Shown here piece after piece: positions 52,595-61,190 of a stretch of DNA of 64,000 nt. The DNA comes from Camelus ferus. Taxonomy: Eukaryota. The translations under genes were made by a program, and so were the position numbers. Where the stretch lies: contig NC_045697.1 in the NCBI RefSeq assembly GCF_009834535.1, positions 111,416,001 to 111,480,000 of the forward strand. The letters are read 5' to 3'. Position 1 is the first letter of the stretch. Each line of letters starts with the position of its first letter. Under the pieces are notes generated by a model. The model worked only from the letters and a program-made list of their open reading frames with translations, ran no database searches and was not told the DNA's origin.

Positions 52595-54568
52595 GTTCTC
52601 CAAAGATTTCCAACCTACTATCTCCTCTTAAAAGGTTGGGGAGTGGGGGGTGAAATCATCCTGTGGTTTTTTTAGGGTACAAAAAACCCTACAATGGGTA
52701 GACAGTTTGCATTCTATCTATTAAGTAATATCATGAACTTAAAGTTTCCTTCATTTCACAAGGACTTATAAAGCACATAATGTAAACATTTCTTTGTTCA
52801 CCTTCTTAAAATGAACTAAACCTGTGTATCTTGTGTTTACAAAGAATTAAACATTTAAGGCACTGTGTTACTCAGCAAATGACTGACTCACTTTTCCCCT
52901 AATGTGTACTAAGCACCTGCTCTGTACCTGACCCAGGCTGGGCGCTGGAGACACAGCCCTACGGCATCGGGCCTGCAGTCTGAGAGGGACCTACAGATCC
53001 TGACAGACTCTACGTTCCAGATATTCGAGCAAAAGAATTACGGTTTTCATTTTCAAAAGCATATCACATTCTAACAGTAATATCACTTTATATATAATTT
53101 TATTTCTAAACTTGAAGCAAGACCACAAAAAGTTAACATTAGCTTTTATATCATCTCTTTGAAGAAACAATTAACAAAATTTGAGGCGCAATCTACAACA
53201 AAACAACCAACGGTTCTATTTAAGTAGGGAGGAGAATCACAAATATTTAGATTAGCTTTCTCTGAGCCTAGGATGTCTTGACTTTGGTCAAAAATCTGAA
53301 ATAACCGAAAATGAGCTGTCACATTAAAAAATGTCCTTATCTTCAGATACAAGTATGAGTCTAATTTTCAAAATATCCAATTGAATCCTGCTGGGGTGCA
53401 TTATAGAAAATGCTTTCTAGAATCTGATTTTAGGGTTTGGGCAGCAAAATTATACAAATCTTTTCATTTACATTTTTTGAAGGTAAGAAATATTTCCTGT
53501 TTGAAGATCTATTATTAGTCAACCCCATACACTTTCCGTTTGAAAACCAAAGTGTCTCCACGGGTCACCTATTTTAATCCCTTCTCAGCCTGGTTCTTCA
53601 ATATCATTATGAAACTATTCTGGCCCTACACTGAGAATTTTTACCTGTTTTCTCGCTTTCTTTATCCTTTAAAAAAAAAATCAGGCATGCCACGCTGATG
53701 TCTCACTAGCCCAGATTACTTCAACAGTACCTTCAGGATCATAAGACCAGGCTTTAGGAGTTACAGCATTCCTGAAGAGCAATGAAAAAGAAGCACCAAG
53801 GACGTTTTTTACAATACCTCTTTATTAATGCCAAATACATAACATTTAACATAAATGAAAACGTGCCCTAACACACTCAGGAGGAAGATGCATAAAACGG
53901 CCATCTGGGAACAGCCGTCGGGGAAAAAAACCTGGTCACAAGCTACTCATTTCAAAGGGCTAAAGCAGAGAAAATGAAATATTCCTTTTTCCGTATAAAG
54001 ACTGTGCAGTTTCAAAATCAGAATGCCTGCCAGAGGCCACTTTCTCACCCTCTACCAGCCAGTGTTGCCAAGATCCTTAACATTCCCTGAGCATTCCAGC
54101 AGCGCGTGTACCGAATGCGCACATACAGGTAGAGATGGGTAGGCAGAGCCCCCAGCACGCAGTACAATTACTGGGTCCTCTGGAAATTAGGAAACTTCTA
54201 CTCATTTTCTCTGAGTCCCTGCCTTCTGCACCTTATCCTTCTACTCCCGTTTGCAAGGAAGGTCGACCTCCTCCCTGAGGCCTCTCAGTTATTCCCTGCG
54301 GTCTCCGGTGCTGCGAAGTGGGGGTGACAGCGACTCTGCGCCCGTACCTCCACCCGCCGCAGCCCCTCGGGGCTGTGCTCCCCCCACCCACCCACGGGTG
54401 TCCTCGGGGCTGGGGAGGGCGGACGGCAGAGACTAGGAGCCGGCAAGCCCCATCCCCAACCCTCCCTCCACGACCCACCTTCCAGCCCAGGCGCCCCGGC
54501 GCATAAGGCGCCACGGGCCCCCTCTCCCTCCTCCCCCAGCGCCAGCCCACCCCGCGCGGCGCCCTTAC

Positions 54569-54872
54569 CCGGCTCGTGGACGCCGGGGTTGTCGGACAGC
54601 TCGAGCACCAGCAGCTCGCGGCCCTCGAAGCTGCGCCCCACCGTGTAGATCCTGCTGACGGCGGCGCACTGCAGCCACACGGACACCAGCGCCTCGCGCA
54701 GCTCCGGGTAGCGGTGGTACTCGAAAGGGATGCCGTCCTCCTGCGGCCGCCGGCGCCGCCTCGCGCCCGCCGCGCTCCCCGCGGCCCCCCGGGCCTCGGC
54801 GCCCAGCAGCCACGCGCAGGCGGCCAGCGCCCCGCACAGCGCCAGCAGCGCGCGGCCCCCTCGCCCCGCCAT
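54569..54872 (-). CDS. CPE: Carboxypeptidase E, coding exon 1 (signal peptide, propeptide with penta-Arg, start of M14 carboxypeptidase domain); gene continues leftwards beyond the window
   Basis: Translation [102 protein letters not shown] matches the mammalian CPE N-terminus. ATG at 54872 lies in context GCGATGG. The 304 nt end at a phase-1 donor G|GTAAGG (GT at 54568-54567). Confidence 0.98.
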
Positions 54873-55000
54873 CGCGCCCCGCGTCTCCGCGCGGCCTCCC
54901 GTGTGCCCGGCGCCTCGGGGCGCACGGCCGGCGGGTCCCCTCGCCTCGCCTCCCGGCGGCCGGGAGCGAGGAGCAGAGCGAGAAGTCGGGAGCGCGACGC

Positions 55001-55022
55001 CGGAGCGGAGCGGAGCGGAGCG
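55001..55022. repeat. (CGGAG)4 pentamer repeat at the CPE 5'UTR/TSS region
   Basis: Direct reading: cggagcggagcggagcggagcg. Confidence 0.9.
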
Positions 55023-55270
55023 CAAGACGCACGGCCGCCGAGCGCGGGACGCTGGGGAGGCGGCGAGGAGCCGGGCGGGGCCCCGGGCGGGCGGGGCCGG
55101 GAGGGCGGCTCCGCCAGCCGGATTCGCGGATAACCGGGGGCTGCTGCGCGATTTGCGGGCTCGGGGCCACGTCAGAGCCAAATGGCGCCGGGACGACCCA
55201 GGTGGGATGACAGCTAAGGTCGGGTGTGGGCACGCTGCTGTCATTGAGAGACCCGTGACGCTGCGTGGGG
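55020..55270 (-). promoter_or_regulatory. TATA-less CPE proximal promoter: tandem GC boxes (55073-55108), TGACGTGG (55167-55174), YY1-like CAAATGGCG (55179-55187)
   Basis: GGGCGG repeats and the listed motifs are read directly, just upstream of the 5'UTR. No TATA box seen. The TSS position is inferred, not observed. Confidence 0.7.
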
Positions 55271-56904
55271 AAAAAAACACTCTGGGATTGGGAGTGCAGC
55301 CTTTTAAACAGCCATCCATGCCAAGCCGACCAGGTTTCCATCTTGATGCGCCAAAAATTAGAGAATATTCCAGAAAGAAAGAAACACAAAGGAAGTATTG
55401 GCAGCCACTTGCCTTCTCCCCGTGATGTGTCTTTAATAACTGTATTGATAGTCCAAACACAAACCCACGGGTTGGATGTTCATTCATTGCAAGTTCTGCC
55501 TGGAAAACAGAACATTGTGCCCTGTGATTTAGAGGTTTAAGAAACTAAAAATGCATTCTATCCATTCGCAGATACTGTCTTTAACTGTATTTAATCATAT
55601 TCCTGGATTCTAACGGGGTGGGGGGGAAGCACAGGAAAGACAATGTCATGTGCCAGTGCCTTTGCCAACCCCCTCTGTTACTCCTGTGGGGGAAACAGTA
55701 CAGCTGGGAGAGCTGCACACAGGATTTAGTCTGGTATTAAGGTTAAATCTTTCCAGAGCAGCTTATCTGGGTGATTTGAGCTCATGGTCTCTTACCTGGT
55801 TGTAACTAAGATGTTGGACTGCAGTCCAACTGAAGGCTGGATTGGGGCTGGAGAAACTTCTTCCAAGAAAAAATAAATGAAAGATCAAATCCTGTTATAG
55901 AAAGAAAACTCTGATTGTGGGAGATAGTATCTGGGTTCCCCTCCCAAAGTTATTGCAAAAATATAAAATCATTTACAGCATTAAATACCCATCCTTTACA
56001 CAGGATTTGTAGTCCAGGAAGAAATCTGGAGCAGATGTTATTCTGAAGAGGTTGCCATTTGGATTCAAAAATAGTACAAATCTAAATAAATAATCCATTT
56101 CAACCAAGCAGAGAAACTGGACATCATGTGGATAATTTTTTCATGTTAGACATAGTTTTTTTCTTAATTCACTCTTTCTCCACATGCCTAACATGCAGTG
56201 CACTGAATAAAAACTTTCTCCTGGAGAAAGTATAAATGATTTTATTGGCTCAAAAAAAGAAAAAAATGCTGCTAGAGAGACTGGTTTCAAACTCCTCTGA
56301 CTGTTTCCCACAGCAGCATAGATCTTTTTTGGGAGATTTTGGGGGGAAAGCTGCCGCTACAAAGACATGCCACTCAGTTGAATTTGCACCCAGCCGTTTT
56401 CCTTTTCAGTGCAGGAATGACAATGCAAGAACCTTGTATATTTTCCTCTATGGTTAGTCTCAGTTTGATTACATGGTCCCCAGAAGTTTGCAACCAAAGC
56501 TATAATTAGATTTCTAAAATCATGCCCAAAAGAGCAACCTTGGAAACCTTGAAAAAGAAAACAGAGTAGCCAAAACCATAACTTCAGAAGGGGAAGGTCA
56601 AGAGTTTCATGTTAGCAATTTAAGGTAACCACACTGATTTGTGGCTAGGTGGGTCACATACTGGTAAGAACACACGTAAACATCATATGAGTCAGTAAAA
56701 TCCTGTGTTGCCCTTAAGCTTCTCTTCAGATAAAGGGTGTGTTTTCTATTTTGTCCCAAATCTCAATTTTATGGATTGTTTTTGTTTTTGTTTTTTACTT
56801 TTTTGTAAATGGGTGGAATCCTCCCAGCAATGTGGTCTCATTTGAGGGGAGTCTTTTGTAATCTTAGAAACTGGTTTTCCTTATCTACAAAATGGAAGAT
56901 CTGG

Positions 56905-57087
56905 ATTCATTCAAGTGCAGCACAATCATCTAGAGAATTAATAAAATGTGCAGATTCCCAAGCCCTGACCGATGCAATAGATCTGAGGCGGGGGTTCAGG
57001 TATTAACAAGGTTCCAGGTTTTAACAAGAACTCCAGGTAGCTCAGAGTTTGATGTTTGACTGACAAACATACTTTGAGAAATACTGT
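56905..57087. mobile_element. MER5-type hAT-Charlie MITE
   Basis: 'aatcatctagagaattaataaaatgtgcagattccca...ttttaacaagaactccaggt...catactttgagaaatactg'. Confidence 0.6.
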
Positions 57088-57859
57088 CCCATGTGATTTC
57101 CAAAGTCTTTTTAAATCTAAAATACTATGATTCTGGAATTTTTCTTTTTGAGAGATGCTCTTGCATACCTGATAGATGATTGAGACTGTCAGTTACTCGC
57201 GGGCACACCGCACACACCAAGGAATCAGTTCAGAGGAGTTAAAACTAGGTTTTTGAACTTCTGGGTGATTTTACTGTAGGTCAGCTTCACTGCAGCCTAT
57301 GTCATTTGTTTGTGGCTTCCGAGGCAATTATGTGAACGGTTACATACCCATCCTGATTCCTGGGTAGGAAATCTTGCATACTGATTGTCTAATGCATTGG
57401 ACTCTGTGCACCCATAGTTAAACGTAGCGTGCACCCACATTTTAAATCATGCATGTGCATGCACACAGAAAAGAGAGAGTTCTGTTGCTCATCTCACTTC
57501 TGAACATCCATAAGGACCAACTGAAGCTCCCTTAACCTCCACTTCCCGCATCACCCCTACTACTTTTCAGATTCAGAAGCTACCTCTTCCTATCTCCCAA
57601 ACCTTTGATTCCCTCCTTCCAAAGTCCTGTCTGAAACTCATCTACTCCACAAAAGTGCTGTAGACATTACCACTTTATATCTATCTGTCCAGTGATTTGA
57701 TGGTAAATGTCTGACACTCAGCTCTCCATGGGGGATAAAACCGGGTTTAGAGTGTTTGCTGATTACCACAGGGTAAATATTCCCACCGTGGCTGATTTCA
57801 AATGGCCGATGTGACGTCACCAGACACAGCTTGAGAAGAGATAGGTGGCAGCACACCCT

Positions 57860-58801
57860 TATGCAAATTCTTTACACTCCTCCCTTTCACGGGGGAGCTT
57901 ACTTCCCTTCTGCTTGAGCATCCACAGGACTTAGTGACTCGCTTCTAGTGAAAGTAATTTGGCAGAAGTGATGGGATGTACCTACCAAATTTAGGTGATA
58001 ATGTAATAGAAAAGAACAAATCTGACTCCATATTACATCTGTTCCTTTGGCTTTAACCCTGTGCTCTGTTTCCTAGGCTTAGTCGTGCTGGTTCTACACC
58101 TTTTGTAAAAGAATGTTGCCTAGAGGCTGAAACATACAGGAGAGCCCATCCTCTAGGCTCTGACCTTTAAGGATATTAACACTTTTCCATTCATATAAAG
58201 AGAACAAGTTGTAGAATAGAAAATAATGTTTGTTTTGTTGGAGGTTTACAGGGGCACCATGATCTGACCCAGGTGGACAGGGCAAGAACAAGGATTCCAA
58301 CACCAGAAAGTCTGCAACAACCAACCACGTCCCCTCCCCTTTTTTGTATAAAAGGAGCCTAAATTCTGACTTGGGGAAGATGGTTCTCCAGGACATTAGT
58401 CTGCCATCTTCTCAGTCTGCTGGCTTTCCAAATAAAGTCATTATTCCTTGCCCCAACACCTCATCTCCCGGTTTATTAGCCTGTCGTGTGGTGAGCATAA
58501 CGAGTTTGGACTCGACAACAATAACAAGACCCTCTCCCTCTCTTTCTCGTTTCACTCGTCCTGGGCAAGTTGTCTGCCGTGTTGTAGAAACACTCACGCA
58601 GCAGGGACTGAGGGAGTCCTCTGCAGAACAGCCTGAGAGGGACAGACGGACGTCCGCAGTCCAGCCGCCGTGAGTTTCTGAGGCCTGTCAACAACCACGG
58701 GGGCAGATCTTTCAGCCCCAGGCAGCACCAGATTCCCAGCTACAGAAACTGTTAGAGAATGTTTGTTGTCTCAAGCTGCAGAGGTTGGGGCTAACAAACA
58801 C
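57860..58801 (+). mobile_element. MaLR LTR (MLT1F-like), split by the ERV1 LTR at 58002-58520
   Basis: 'ggacttagtgactcgcttcta...ggcagaagtgatgggatg' before the insertion and 'cagattcccagctacagaaactgt...atgtttgttgtctcaagctg' after it. Confidence 0.8.
58002..58520 (+). mobile_element. Intact ERV1-class solo LTR (519 bp)
   Basis: TG...CA termini, 4-bp TSD ATAA (57998-58001 / 58521-58524), TATAAAA at 58347-58353 and AATAAA at 58431-58436. Confidence 0.9.
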
Positions 58802-59016
58802 AATTAGCATCTCCCCCACACAGACACGACAGACAGCATGGAGAACACAGAGGATAATGACATGTGGCAGCATAATGAAGAAGTCATAAATTTTGAGTAT
58901 TTATTGCCTTTGTTTTTCATATAATTGCAAGCTTATATAATTTTTTTTTTATAAACAATGGCTGTGTTTAACAAGTGACTCAAATTCCTTCAATTTTAAC
59001 AATTGGCTCTTGTCAG

Positions 59017-59436
59017 TGTCAACCAAGAAACACAGAAGACTGCAAACCAGAAAAGAGTTTATTTGGGGTTATTAACAATTCTGGAGATACAGATTCAGGT
59101 AAAACTGAGAGAGGGTTCAGGGGAGAGAAAGAGTCAGGGGCTCATGAGGGCGAAAGCCACAAGGTTATGGAAGTTGTCTGGCAAGAATTACGACCGACCC
59201 CAGTGCAGGAGGGAAGGTATTTGCCTTTAAGGGCTGGGCTGCCAGAGTTATTCAGGGTGAGGGTCCAATAAGCATCTTGAGTTTCTAGAACATTGGGCAG
59301 ACGTTCTGGATGCCGGTGTTAAGACAGCAAGTGGTTGGAAGGTCAGATTTCACCCAGAACCTCTTCCTCAGTGGCCTCCTGGCTCCATTTTAGAGCTGTC
59401 TTAGCAACACCAACTTTATTTGATTTTCCTTCGACA
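59017..59436 (-). mobile_element. ERV-type solo LTR (second family)
   Basis: TGTC...GACA termini. TTTATT (antisense polyA signal) lies near the left end and 'ggctccattttag' near the right end. It interrupts the MER63B-like element. Confidence 0.6.
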
Positions 59437-59544
59437 CAAATTGTTATGAATTGGCTCCAGCAAACCACTCTTCCCTCTCCAGTCCCCATTCCTCACTCAG
59501 CAGCGCCCCTCTCTGACTGGCCCTTCTCTGGGCTTCCCCAGAGA

Positions 59545-59737
59545 GGCAGTGTGGTACTGCCCTTCAGTGTTCCGGAACCTTCTGCATCAGAATCACTTGG
59601 TGAGCATGGCCGCATTCCAGACCAGTTGAATCCAGTTTTCTGGGGCTGGGGCTTGGAAATATGCCTTTGAATAAGCTCTCCCCACCCCCCATCCTCTCCT
59701 GGTGATTCTGATGCCAAATAAGATTGAGGAGCACTGG
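59545..59737. mobile_element. MER5-type MITE
   Basis: 'tgcatcagaatcacttgg...ttgaatccag...ggggctggggcttggaaatatgc...cctggtgattctgatgc...gagcactg'. Confidence 0.75.
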
Positions 59738-60264
59738 TTCCAGAGACTGATATTGAGGTTTGACAGAACAGCGTTCTAATCCCAGGTCTACTGGCTTCCA
59801 GAAGTTGTTCAATGAAGTTGTTTCAAGTTGCTCACTCGAAAATGAGGGACACGAGAAGCCTTCCATGAACTAAAGCCTGCAAGGAGGCAGGCACAAGAGA
59901 CGTGCTCCATGAACGAAGCCTTCTGCTCCCGTTGGCTCCCTGCTGGGACACACGCCAACCGTGGTACCTCTTACCAGCACCGCAGCCCCACCCAGATGCG
60001 CCGGCTTCAGAATCCCTCCTTCTTCCTCTGAACTCCCAGCACCAATGCGGGCATTTCCGGTGAGCAAGGAGGACATTCTCTGACAGTCCTCTGCTCAACT
60101 ATCTCCCTGTCCTCGCTGAGAAGTGCCCAGTTAGGAGGGAGCCTGGCACCTGGCGGGGCTGCAACTGGTCTCACAGCTCCCCCATTTTCCCCTTTTCTCC
60201 CATTTCTCATTTCTCTCATCGCTGGGTTGGGTGCACACACCAAGAGTCAGTCAGGTGTGTCACA

Positions 60265-60690
60265 AAATGTCCATGCCACTTTTACTTTAGCTATGTAATT
60301 AATTTTTTAAGAAAGTAAACTGATAAGTACAAGAATAGGAAAAAGTTGAATGCTTTAGAAACAGATGGATTGTTAAATTGGGATTAGGTATGAGTGAGAA
60401 AACAGTGAAGGACTGAGGAAGAGAGAAAAACCCCTAAACAGTCTGCTCTTAGGTTTGTTCAAAACCCTGTCACTTTAAAGAGACTCAAAGGGTAGAAAAC
60501 AGTGTGGTGAGACGGGCTCGTTCCAACCACCAACCACCAACCAATGGATGAATGTATACTTATGTCTTAGGTTTAAATAAATTATTTAAAGTGTGCTTGC
60601 ATGCTTCATTTTTTATGATTCTCTTCGTTAATTGGTCTTTCCCGTTAACCCCCTACTACCTAATCCCATTTTGTCAGCTGAGAGAGCGGA
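60265..60690 (+). mobile_element. Old TcMar-Tigger fragment (Tigger15a-like)
   Basis: Degenerate HTH-coding block 'aagttgaatgctttagaaa...attaggtatgagtgagaaaacagtgaaggactg' and 3' 'ttttatgattc...gttaacc'. Confidence 0.5.
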
Positions 60691-60882
60691 CGTGGACCAC
60701 GGCAGACAGGCGACAGCCAAATGCACCCTGACACGCAGCTTGAATCCGATGCACGTGCTCCATCCACAAATATCACAGCCTGAATATCTACTTACCAACT
60801 CAAACTAAACATGGTCACAGTTTTTCTACAGCTCTACCCTGTACCAGTTTCTCCGTATCCCAGTGGCCACCCCAGTATCCCA

Positions 60883-61190
60883 GCAGCCCTGCCCAACAAA
60901 AATATAACATGAGCTAGATGTTATTAGACGTGGCTACTAGAAGCCACGTCTAAATAAAGTAAAAAGGAAGAGGTGAGACTAATTTTAATAAGAAAATGTT
61001 AACTCAGTGTATCCCAAATGTTATCATTTCAGTGTGTTAACAATATAAATGCATTAATGAAATAATTTTTCATGCTGTCTTCAAAATCTGTTGTGTAGTT
61101 TACATCACAGCCTGTCAGCACAATTCAGATCAGACACACTTCAAGAGCTCACAGGCCACAAGTGGCTAGTGACGGCTGTATTGGACAACT
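60883..61190. mobile_element. MER33 hAT-Charlie MITE
   Basis: 'cagccctgcccaac...aagtaaaaaggaagaggtga...tcttcaaaatctg...ttcaagagctcacaggccacaagtggctagtg...tattggaca'. Confidence 0.82.

Larger units (their letters stand above)
1..54568 (-). other. CPE: CPE intron 1 (partial, >54.5 kb)
   Basis: Canonical GTAAG donor after exon 1. I found no sequence encoding the exon-2 peptide (EPEFKYIGNMHGNE...) in the window or the ORF track. CPE intron 1 is known to be very long in mammals. Confidence 0.85.
54290..55270. promoter_or_regulatory. CpG island covering CPE promoter, exon 1 and the start of intron 1
   Basis: Abrupt switch to very high GC and dense CpG compared with the AT-rich, CpG-poor flanks. 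Confidence 0.95.
57688..59470. mobile_element. MER63B-like hAT-Blackjack element, in three pieces (57688-57859, 58805-59016, 59437-59470)
   Basis: 5' piece 'ccagtgatttgatggtaaatgt...tcccaccgtggctgatttcaa...gtgacgtcac'; middle piece 'ttttgagtatttattgcctttg...atggctgtgtttaacaa'; 3' piece 'ggctccagcaaaccact'. Confidence 0.75.

Noticed and set aside
54285..54568. Continuation of the CPE frame past VHEPG (KGAARGG...AGNN)
   Set aside because: Similarity to CPE stops exactly at a consensus GTAAG donor, so this is read-through into intron 1.
54233..55425. Long overlapping ORFs on both strands (230, 274, 185 and 231 aa) around CPE exon 1
   Set aside because: Ala/Arg/Gly/Pro-rich shadow frames expected from stop-codon scarcity in a CpG island; no recognisable domain.
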